From: Botryllus schlosseri
Lineage: Eukaryota
Assembly (NCBI GenBank): GCA_051294905.1
Contig: CM119382.1
Coordinates: forward strand, 8,556,001-8,620,000
DNA length: 64,000 nt
Direction of reading: 5' to 3'
Shown: one piece after another, positions 48,801 to 60,800 of the stretch
Position numbering within the stretch: position 1 is the stretch's first letter
How the letters are laid out: every line of letters begins with the position of its first letter
Notes under the pieces: model-generated
The model's input: the letters and a program-made list of their open reading frames with translations, nothing else
What the model was told of the DNA's origin: nothing
Databases searched by the model: none
Made by a program: the position numbers and the translations under genes

Positions 48801-51800
48801 AATTCATCAACACAGTCATAAGCTTGTGATGCCGTTAGTCTAGTGATGTAATGATTGCGTTGTCGTAACACGCCGCTTATCTTGCAGGGAATGCAGATAA
48901 CTCTGCTAGTAGCAGCGCTCCCAATTCAGGACCTAGTTCGCCGCTAAGCAGCAACAGCAATATTAACAATAGCTCTGCCGGGCCAGTGCACTCTACCGCG
49001 GGAATGGGACTACATGGCTCTGAGGTTTGGAGTGATATGTTCTGTAACCATTTTTTTCCAACTTTTGTTTATTGCATGCAAGTATGCAACTACCATGGTG
49101 ACTATCCTTACATAATTTAAGATTGCGTTTCTTGTTTTGAATACCGGTATGATAGATAGTGATAGTTCATCAGATTAATGGCTTACCATTAGATACATAC
49201 TGTGAATTGATATGTATTTTGTGCTTAAGCTACTTATGTGTGGCACATGGCGCAGCAGCTATGATGTCCATATCTCATAAGCGTCATCCGATTGTGTCTT
49301 GTTTATAGCATTGTATACTTCGTGTGTGCAAATAAAAAATAATAAGACCGCTGATGATTTCTGAGAGCACATATTTTGAAAGAATGTTCAATGATAATTT
49401 TATTACTTTAAAAGGAAGGTAGAAAAGATAGTCTAATTATAACGATAGATTGATTATTTCTTTTGCAATTTTTGTGACTTAGCATAGCACAAAGCATAGC
49501 ACATAGCTTCAAGTACCTTCATATTTTTGACTTGGTTTGTGAAGTTTCTGAAGTTCGCACAGTGTCAAATATGCAACGAAAACTTGGGCCGTGTCGTTTT
49601 GATTATATGTTTCCGAGCGACGCCAATGTTATTACGAGCTGGCTAACCACACGTACGCGGGCCCAGAGGTAGTAATTACGGTCCCACATGCGCTCCTGAT
49701 GAGCGGCTCGTAATTGTCTCGTTTCGTTTCTCTTCAGAGCGAACTGGCTGCCATACATTCATTGGTCGGATTCAGGCCGAACGCGATCCACGCGTCGCCT
49801 TCGCTACCTAACATTTCTTTGGAGCTCTCGCAGAAAAAATCGGTAAAATTTTTTCTGCAGGTTACCCTGTGCATGCCGCGGTGTTTTCTTTGTTTGCGTG
49901 CGTCATTTTCCGGGCTTGCTACATTGCGATGGTTATGTTCTGTGATAGATTTCACTTTCACATTATCTCACTTAATATGGAATTCAATTTTGATTGCGTT
50001 AAGATAAGAGATTGATTGTTGTTTTTGTGGGATAGCTCTTCGAAAATTTGTTTCTAATTTCGTGTTTGATATGTTTTTGCGGTAATGGGCCATGTTATTT
50101 TATGGACATCCGATTTTATGGGTCATTGAAGATATTGTGTGTGATGCTGTTGTTGCTGGTAGTGGATGTACCTTGTAATTTGTTAGTTGTGACGTGACAA
50201 TGAAATTGGTGGTTGTCCTTTCAAAGATGTGCTTCCTGCCTGAAAGTGATATAATCCTAGGTGGTCATCCATGAACTGCTACTGTAACAAAAGTATGAGA
50301 TCTTCAGTGTCAGCGTATTTAGTTATTGAGGACATGACACCACTTGATAAAATTGTGTGCAATTTTACAACTGCAACACAATTCTAAACCCCCTGTTGTT
50401 TTTTAATTGTCAGACGGGCATTGCATGGGAATGCACTGTCCCAAACAACTTTAAACTATTTTCCTGTGTGCTGTTCAAGCTACCCTCGCCCATATTGATT
50501 TTTAAACAGTAGAGGTATCAGTCATTATCAGTCCTTGAGGAGTAAAAATTTAATTTTTTACTTCTAATCGAGTAGGCTACAGTAATTTGACATTTCGCAT
50601 TTGGCATGTGGCAATGACGGTGTGATAATTTTATAGTTATGTTATGTTCATTTTTGAACTGGTGGCTTCATACCTTTTTGTTAAACTTCATGATACTCTC
50701 ATGATCTTCAAAATCTTGCAGCTAGTATTTGCGATTTTTTCTGTGCATGTTGTCATTTCGAAACCCACACCCGTTGGCACCCTTTAAGTGCATCTCGGGA
50801 GTAGGGAATAAGGATTGGTAGAATTCAGTGTGGAAGGACCCACGCCATGATTAAGATTTTTAGTGTATAGTAGCCTCTACTCGCCTATGAGCATTCCAAT
50901 GTGGAAGCCAACACTATGAGTTCACTTCGTGTACCGTGGACGTGGATGCTGAATGAAATTGTGAAAATATTGCGCTTGTATCAAAGTTGATGTTATCTCT
51001 TTTGCAGTGGTTCATTACCTTTTTTTTGGCCGGCTGCGTTGCTTGGAACCCCATTGCAAAAATGAAAATGTTCTGTATTGCACAGCCAGAGACCAGAGTA
51101 AAATTATAAAGGTCATCACCTCTGCCCATTCCTAATCACATTACCATCCGGTGCCTGATAAGCTACATGATGACTAAAAAAATATCATCACTTTGACTTG
51201 TGAAATATGGTGAGCGCTTAAGATAAGGACATAAATCAGAAATAAGGACATAGGCCTAACCCCCAAATAAAGACAGATCTTATAGAATTGAAAGCAATTT
51301 AGTTTTTATAGCTGCAGTTTCACCTAGCTACTAGCTCATGGACCCCAAGTTGAGAACCCCTGCTCAAGTGTGCTGCGCGATTCATTGTGGGTTTAAAATC
51401 AAATGAGTGTGAGTCTATCACCAATTGATGCTGATACTGAGCACAGGCCGCTCACAAAGTCGCCTTGTGCACAACACCCACTGCCGCTTGAAAATCTGAT
51501 GTTTAACGGCACCCTTCAGAATCCCAATCCTTTGCTGGCCGGATCTCAGCCTCGATTACTGATGTCGTATCCCGAGATGGAATTGCACAGGGCGGCGTTG
51601 GACCGTGCCAGGTCGCTGCCGTACGTGCATCATCAGAGCCAGCCTCAACCGTTCCCGTTCAAACCCTCGCCTATGGACATCGACCCCGTGATGGTACAGC
51701 AGCTTATTTTGCAGCAACAATTCGGTGAGTTGGGATATCACGCTCTTGCTCCATTTGAAGAAATCTTCAGCAATTTGTGTGATTTCCGATTGTTACCTTG

Positions 51801-54800
51801 TTTTGTACTATATCTCTACATTATCACTTCCATTTCTCAGCATATCAGATTCCGCCCCACATTATTGCAATCAATTCATCAATCTGTTATGAGGAGTTGC
51901 TCATGGTATCATGTTATTGTTGGGTGAGCAGAGAAAGATGAGAATTTTGCCTCATAGAAATTAGATACATATATATATCAATGAATATCATTATCTTCCT
52001 TTTCAGGTAGGCTACAGACTGTGTAACAGCATTCACATCTGTACAGTAGAGGGTTTCTCTGGGGTGCAATTATTTCAAAATAAAAGAAGTGTTGTGATAT
52101 TGATATTCTGGCAGTATATATCATGTATGACCATGACCATTGAACAATTTCTTGAAGCATTATCAGTAACTAGAGTTTTTATTTTTAATGAAGTTTCATT
52201 TCTTCCTATTCGAAGATATCAAGCAGTTTCTTAATTTCAGCCGGAGTCGGTGTCCCTTCACCTGAAAAAGATAAGCCTGGTCCGATGCGTCATTCTCAAC
52301 AGACTCGCCCGCACAAAGTCCTGAGCCGGACACACTCTGCGCCAACGACGTATGCGTTGCAGCAACACCTGGTACGATTTAACTACTGGTGTAGGTTGAA
52401 CATAGTGGCTGTGTTCTCCCATTGCTAATTACAAGTCTCACATCCTGTTGTGTCATTAACAATGCGATTCGCAATAAAGGGTAATTGAATTAATTGAATT
52501 CTTGGCAGCACGTATTTATTCACAATCGGTGATTGAAAGAAATGGTAGAAGCAGTTTGATGACACATGTATGAAGAAAGTGAAATTTTGCCAATCTTTCA
52601 GAAAATAACTTATTTCTCGTCTAGATTTGGTTACGTAAATAATCCAATTCAGCGGTGGTCAACGTAGACAGCTAGCTATTGAGGATAGAAGCTGGATTAT
52701 ACCATAAATTTTTACTCTTCTAAAATAAGATATCCAAAAAACTACTTAGTACCATCTGTAGTTTTAAAGTAGATTTGGTCAAGGCCTTTTAGTAATAGAA
52801 CGGCGGTTTCTAATAAAAACTCTCAGTTTCAATGATGTAGGGGCTAACTCATTTGGTTGTCATGACATTTTGACTCGCAAAAAGGATGCAAACCTAGCCC
52901 AAAACTACTCTCTCCTTCCCATGCAACGTGTATAAAACTGAGTGACTGTCGCGTAGAGGTCCTTAATTTTAATAACCGTAAGTAACTAAGTATCCTCGGA
53001 AGCCACAAAGAGACCGTAAGAAGAGAAGAGAAGTCTCGTTCTAAGTCGTCGCTGCTGTTCCTACAGAAAAAAAGACTAATGATGCAGCACTCGCAGCAGC
53101 CCGCGTCTCACAAGCATGCGCCCCACGTCATGTCTGGTCTGACCGCCGAACAGTACTGGCCGCTCGCCACCCATCAGGAAACGGCCGAACGCGCCGAGGC
53201 CCCCACACAGGCTTCTGCTAAGCAGAGGAAGCAAAAGCTGGCGGCATCTCCGCCTCCGACACACCCCGCGGCTATATCGACTACTACGGTGCAGGCGTTG
53301 CAGTCCCATCTCAACAAGCACAGCAACAAGGGGTTGGGACAGTTTGGGAAGCAGTCGGACGGCGCGCGGCACTCGCCGCTTGAGCGGACTGCGACCACAC
53401 CAGAGAAATCGCGGTTGGTATTTTTTATTTTTCCTGTATGTGATTTTTTACTTTATTCTCTAGTTCTTTATCTTTCAATTTTTTCAATTTTCATTAAACC
53501 CATTTTATTGCAATGTTTGAATTTTGCGTTTTTTGATTCTGTCCTCTAGGCAGGGTTGACACACTGTCCTTTCATTTCTGTAAATCTTGTTAATTATATT
53601 TTTATTTGATTATTTGTAATGTTATAGTTTTGATTTTTGCTGTACTGTCTTGTACGCAGGGTTGCCATACGGTCCTGATTTGTCCTTATTTTAAAGAGCG
53701 GTGTTTTATAAAAGTATATTGTCCTTATTTACAAGACGTGGCCTTATTTTTCACATGTGTCCGTATTCAGTCTTGTTCTCAGTGCTGATGACAATAGTTA
53801 CCAAGTATCTATGAGGCAACGAGGCTGTGATTAGCACTGGGCCTAAGTAATGACCTTTTTGTCATCAGCATGACAAATTTCGAGATTAGGCTGCTTAAAG
53901 TTTTTGGTTGGCCTTAAATTTTGATCCACGTCGATAGCAGCCCTGCATATAGGCCTTGATTTATACTGGTTATTGAACTATTGCCAATTATGACGTGTGA
54001 TTCTAAATATGCAGAAGACATTATCCTAGTGAGCAAAGCGGTATTGATAATGATTTGAATATATGCAATTCGATACCGTTTGTAATGGGTTTCAATGGTT
54101 TGATGGCCAGCGAATTGCTTGTTAGCAGATATTGAGTCTTGAAATTAGATTTGTTGCTGTGTTTGTGTGGTGTTTCGGATTGAGAATTTAAATCAGAGTC
54201 TGTGTCTTTGATCCAGTCTTAATCTATAGCCAATGATATTGGATTTTGAAATAAGAAGACGTTGATACCCCTTCGTGTGATTATGCAATATTTGCAGTTG
54301 ATCTGGAAACCAATTTGATACGCGCCCAGTGTGTGGCCTAGGGCTAGGCTATTGGATCTAGGAATTGGCGATTGACAGCCGCTCTTATGTGTTTGTGTGA
54401 TATTTGCATATAGGCCAGCGCATTTGGAATTGAAATCAGTGTCGCCTGCATATTTGATACCCTTGTTATGGGTAGTCTATGTTATTGGATCTTGAAATTG
54501 GAAGAGATTGATACTCGTTTCAGATGTGTTGGCGTGATGTTGCGATGATTCCATATGGTATATTATAGGCCAGGCCAGAGTCAATTTGGAATCAAAATCA
54601 ATAGTGTCTAGTGTCTGCGGATTTGATGCGCTCCCAGTGTGTGTCCGATGCTGTTGCATCTTGAAATCGATGCTAGTCCTAATGTGTTAGTGTATGTTGC
54701 TATATTTGCTTACAACTCCAACGCATTTTGAAGGCAAATCAGTATTGTCTGGAAATTTGTTACGCTCCTAATGTGTAGCATATCGCACATGCACACATGT

Positions 54801-57800
54801 TAGTCCGTATTGGTCTCAAATTGAGGCTAGCTCCCGTAGAGAACTTGGGTCTGAAACATAGTAGACAACGATAGGCGTTAGGCTATATCACAATATCACA
54901 GCATCCCCTAATCTCTTTCGTATTTGTAAAATCTCCAGATCGCACAAGCCCATACAATCCGCTCTGTCGAATGACAAGAGAGATATGGTCGTAGTAAAAC
55001 GAGAGGCGCCCGATAACGACGAACTCAAAGACTACCCGACGCCATCCAGACACGTGACCTTACAGGACAATAGGGTAAGAAATAACTGGTTGGAAGCCCT
55101 GAAGAATTATTATTCAACAATGTGATTGCAGGTAAAACCATCGCCTTTGCAAGCGCGTCGTTCGCTTCTAGACGGCGATCTAGGCGCACATAAACCTGTG
55201 ACGAGGACGAAGAGTTTACCGGCTGCCGCTATCACTCAGCAATCGAAGCACAAGGTGGGATTCCTGTTTTTACTGTGTTTTTGTAATTACTTGTGTAGAA
55301 GAGACGCATCTCGTACTCTGAACAGTAAATTTCACATAGTCTGTAAATTTTTCATGTTGCCACCAACACATCCTCCAAGTCTTAGGATGTACGATACACC
55401 AAAAGTGGAATAGGATCGTGTGCATTCGGCCTAAATCCAAAAGTTGTGGTGTGATTTGAGCCCAAATTCAACAGTTGATGTCTTTTATATCGCTAATCAG
55501 TAGAGTGGTCATTAGACCTGATTTAAACCCAAAATATGAATCAATGTTGAACCTGGGCTGACCCGGATCTGAATAGCTACTTCTACTTGCACTTGCGTAG
55601 AAATTTACGAAATTACTTTTACTACTATGGCCACCTCTGGGTGTTATCCACCTGACTGACAAGGAAAACAAAAGACAAGAGTAGCAATGCTGCTTGTTTT
55701 TCAGAATTATCGCTACACGACGGGCTTAGCCTACGACCCGGTCATGCTGCGCCACGGCTGCGCTTGCGGCGACGCGCACGCCGAACACGAGGGCAGATTG
55801 AGAGAGGTGTGGTCTCGGTTGACGAGCGTGGGGCTGACGGAAAGATGCGAGCTGATAGAAGCGCGAAAAGCGACAATGGAGGAATTGCAACTGGCGCACA
55901 CCAAGGAACACACGATAAGATACGGCGCTACCACGCTGGCTAGACAACAGTCGGGTATGTGGACACTAAACTATATTCGTTGTAACTTCATTGAGGAAGC
56001 TCATTCCATTTTTGGTATAATATAACATAATCGGGGTTGTCAACGATAGCAACAATAATTTTGAGTTACCCAACCGCCACTAATGTCTGAAAAATCGCAT
56101 TTGAGCATGCCGCACAATAAATAATGCTCGAGTGCATCCCCACCGACCATATTTAATGATTAATGTATCCAGAGAGTTACGAATTGCAATTGTCATAGAA
56201 TATGTAAACAGTATTATTGAGTACGATTTTTAGTGAAACTGTGAGTACAAATGTTATTAATAGTTGCGCTAACTGCCTGCCCCATTAAACAATATAACCC
56301 AAATATATCGACTCTTGCAAAGTGTTGCTGACCGTTGTCACATCGCATTCACACAATGCCAAGCTAGGTGGTAGGCAAGGAACGTTGCATAGGGTTACCA
56401 TACTTCCTCTTTTAGAAAGATTGGTTCCCCTTTTTCAAGAAAACTCCAAGTGACGTTTGAGCTAGTAGCTTTTGAAAAATGACTTTATTTTTAGTCAACA
56501 CAACAGTATTTTGAGTCAAAATGTTCAAATTACCCGTATTCTCGTACGGTTTTATAAGTTTTGTGATTTGTAAAAAGTGTCCTCTTTACCGGATCTCAAA
56601 ATTTGGTAGCAGTTATTGATGATGATGCAATTCGTTTTGACCTCCACTTAACTGCACCTCAGCAGGAACAAATTGCTATATATCCGAAATAATTATCTAG
56701 TATTGTTAAATCGAAATCCAACGTTGCGCTATTATTTTCAGTCGTGTCAGACAAGTTCATTGTCTTGCCGTGCGGTGGCGTTGGCGTCGACATCGACACG
56801 GTTTGGAACGAGCAGGACACGATCAACGCTGGTAAGCTTTACAACATCAAACTGTATCATGTTTCCTTTTGATGTGACGCGTTCAATCATAATTTCAGCA
56901 CGAATGGCCGTCGGACTAACGGTAGACATGGCGCTGAGCGTTGCGGCTGACGAGTTGAAGAATGGTTTTGCCGTAGTACGCCCGCCTGGTCACCATGCGG
57001 AAAGTAATTTGGCAATGTGAGTGAATTTATTCGATTATGGGGAATGGTTTTAGTGTCCGGATTGAATTTTGGCAGTGCTTTAGGGAAATTTTGTCTTCAT
57101 AATGAATAATGGCAAACTTTCATTACCGTACAGATTTTATTTTGGTCAACTTTTATATTAATATTGTATCGTGATTGAATATATCCTCATTTTTATAATC
57201 AGTTGTCACCAGATTGAATTTTGGCTAAATTTTATGCATATTTCATGTGCAGAACAATGGCTCTAATGAGAACCATCATACACTTGACTTTACACACCTG
57301 TTTTGTTTATCGTGATTCAACTATTGCCACACTTCGCGTACAGTACATCTTAGCTTTTGTCTCCACCCAGTCTAACCTCCAGACCTCGCACAGGGCGTTC
57401 TGCTATTTCAACTCTGTCGCCATCGCCGCCAGACGGCTGCAGAGAATGTACCCGGACAAGATCAGGCGCGTGCTGATCGTGGACTGGGACGTCCACCATT
57501 GTAACGGGACTCAAAATATATTCTACGACGACGACTCTGTGCTCGTGGTGTCAATACATCGATATGATGAAGGAAATTTTTTCCCCGGAACTGGAGCTCC
57601 GGATGAGGTAACGAGCGCGCCGGGCTTATTTTGTGCCTGCCCGGACCAGAGGTGGTCAGTAAGGATGTACTTACACTTGGCAGTAGTTTCGGTATGTCTT
57701 CGAAATATATACCGCTACTCGTTGTTGAATAGAAATGAACGGTTTTACTTCTACTTGAGAACCAACGTTGACCACTCTGAGTCTGCGATGTCGTCTGTCG

Positions 57801-60800
57801 AATTGTAATTTCGATACTGGTTTTGTCTCTGGATCGAATTTCGGCAATGTTGTACAGTAATTTTTTGTCTGTATTAAATTAAAACTTGCATACTAAATTT
57901 GGCAAACTTTAGTACTAATTTTGTCTCCAGATACAATTCATTCTCATTTCCTCTCAGGATTGAACGTTGAAGAACTGATATATGCTTATTTTGTATATGA
58001 ATTGATATTGGCAATCTGCTGCAGAAATTTTATCCTGTGTTAAATTTTGGTTAACTTTGATCTGGCATTTCCCAAACCTTAACACTAATTTTGTCTCGGG
58101 ATTGAATTTGTACTGATTTTATTCTGCGGATTGAAGTTTGGCAAATATTTATACGAATTGTATACTTACATACTCATTATGACGACCTTCGCCCTGGACG
58201 CGGGTTTGATGTTTGCGCCTTCTTTTTCAGACCGGTTCCGGATCCGGAGTTGGCTTCAACGTCAATATCGGCTTTAGCGGCGGATTGGAACCGCCAATCG
58301 GAGACGCCGACTACCTCGCCGCGTTCCGTTCCGTTATCATGCCAATCGCCGAGGAATTCAAGCCCGATTTCGTGTTTGTGTCCGCGGGGTTTTCGGCCGC
58401 CGAAGGCCACCCGTCTGCCCTGGGAGGGTATTCGGTGACGCCGCAATGTAAGTCGTTTCTAGGTTTTGTGCTGGGCAATGTGTGCGTTTACGTTGTAAAT
58501 TCGGCTGGCCACATTGATTCGAGTTGAGTAGTTACAGGATTTTTTGGAGTATACTGAAATTATACACTCCTTGTCGACAAAAGGAGTTCGTGTACCATCT
58601 AAAGATAGCGCATTTAATGCTCTCTTATTCGAAATTTCACGCTGGTGACGTCATATTTTGTGATACAATTGCTGGTATACAATGTTCTTTCCAATTCTCT
58701 ACTAGTTGCTGACGATCACCCCTGACGAGTGTCAGCCGAAAAATATTCGGGTTCATTTCAATATGAATATACTATTCACTTGTATATTGAAGTTCTGTAC
58801 CTCCAAGAAGCTCTTAGAGAATTAATTTAACAACAAAAATCATACCTTTGATATAGTATATGTTGTGGCTTTGTACAATTTGGTGTGTGTGTGTGTGTGT
58901 CTGTGTGTGTGGAGGACAGTAACGAATCACCTCTACGTAGACTTTTTCAGACTTTATTTAGATTTTGTCAAGTAGAACATATTTTGGGGGATGTGTTTCC
59001 AGCACGTTTACGTGTGAAATTGGCATAATCACTGGGTGAAATAATTTGCCGTTAGTCAGTTGGCGTTAATCGCAAAAATGTGGAGATTGCACACTGCAAT
59101 TTCAAAAGTAGCTACCCACTAAAAGTACGCAAAGTCTCTACCGAATCTCCAACAGAAAACTGCTTTCTTAATAATTTTCAAATATTAATTTCCTACTCTC
59201 ACTTTCGAGAAGAAGTTTTAACGTATCTCGGAAATTGGTACTTCTTTATGTCGTTGTGTCTACGTCTTGAGTAGGCTACCTCATCTAGTCGCTCGTCACA
59301 TTTGTAATCGACCTGTCGCGTCCTATTTCTCGCTATTCTAATTTGGGTAGCTTATGTATAATGCAAATCCCTGTGACGGTATCGCCTGTGTGTTGTGTTC
59401 TATTTTCGGAAAATGTCTCTGTGTATCGAGCACTGATGACCTTTGTGAAAGAGCTCGCCCGCATTAATCTGTAATGAGATGTTTGTGTGTGAGGTATATG
59501 CGTAAGCCGTTTCTGCATCACAACAGAAGACATAGGCATGTACAAACTATTGGATTTCAAAATGTGCAACTAGAACTAGAACTAGAACTAGAACTACTTG
59601 CTTTTCAAGAGCGGCAACTAGAACTAAAACTACTCAAAATAACAGTAGTTAGTAAAAAGTCAACTGACGAACTGGATTGGCAGTTTGTACAAGTTTGGAC
59701 CGTGTAGCTTGGAAGCTGTGTACTTGGGATTTTCTGCTATCGTTTCAGATTGTTAATGAGATGATTTTGTCTTCCACCTTCTTGCCGAGCAAATACCAAT
59801 TATAACCTAGCCTAAGGGTGGGTTTTTACTAATTACTTATTGGGCATTTTATGTGATGATTAGTGCTGTCCGGTCACAATTGTTACTATTAATAGCACTG
59901 TTTGAAAATAGGCAGTTTCTATCTTTGAATTGGCCTTGTGTTGTTATTGATGTCAGTGTTGAGGTCATGGGTCGTTGACCTGTGTTTTTGGCTTCCGCCA
60001 TGATGCCAAGTAACTATCAATCAGACGTAAGGCCTAAGGGTGGGTTTTTACTGATTATCTTATACCAGGGCTGCCCAACCTTTCCGACCAAAGGGCCACA
60101 TTCGATTGACGAACGTTTGCGCGGGCCAATATCCGCGCCAAGCGCGAAAATTTTTTGAAGTTCATAGGTCAATAATATTGTCATTTGACTATATTGCGGG
60201 CCTGCTGTATATCGCTGGGCTATGTTTGCGAGGACTTGGCTATTTGGCGCATGGACATATCGATATCGAAAGCTGCGACCAACATGCGTCAATCATTTCG
60301 TGCCTATAGGTTTCATAGTCGACGGTCTTACTGCGAGAGCAAACGCAAGGTCGCATATGTTGAACGACACTTTGTCTCGTAATCGCGAATATAGCTAGAC
60401 TCAATCTGATACATTAGGTGTTCTTCCATTTTCACAAAAGGGCAACAATATTAAAAACCAGAAATCCAGTGACAACATTTTGCGCTAAGCTTGTAGAAAA
60501 TTTTTACCTTTGATAAATCAATCGCAAATTATTCTGCTTTATTGTAGCGTACGAAGATATACCAATATGTGAATGGCTGATGGATCTGTCAATGCGTCGG
60601 AACTGATATTTTAGTCATCACTTGCGGTCAGACTAATCAAAATTTTGGTTGGCCCTGCAAGTTCGCAATCTGTGCAATCCATTTTTGATGATATTAGAAA
60701 TTTCGGAAATTATCTCGCGGGCCACTCAAAACCTTCTCGCGGGCCACATGTGGCCCGCGGTCCACGGGTTGGCCGGCCCTGTCTTATACCCTATAATATT

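Noticed and set aside
51447-51519. Upstream acceptor cacag|g for the 51.5-kb exon
   Set aside because: Gives phase 2, incompatible with the phase-0 donor at 49842; the acceptor before 51520 fits
59474-59707. ORF with ELELELEL
   Set aside because: Produced by a (GAACTA)n repeat within an intronic repeat element
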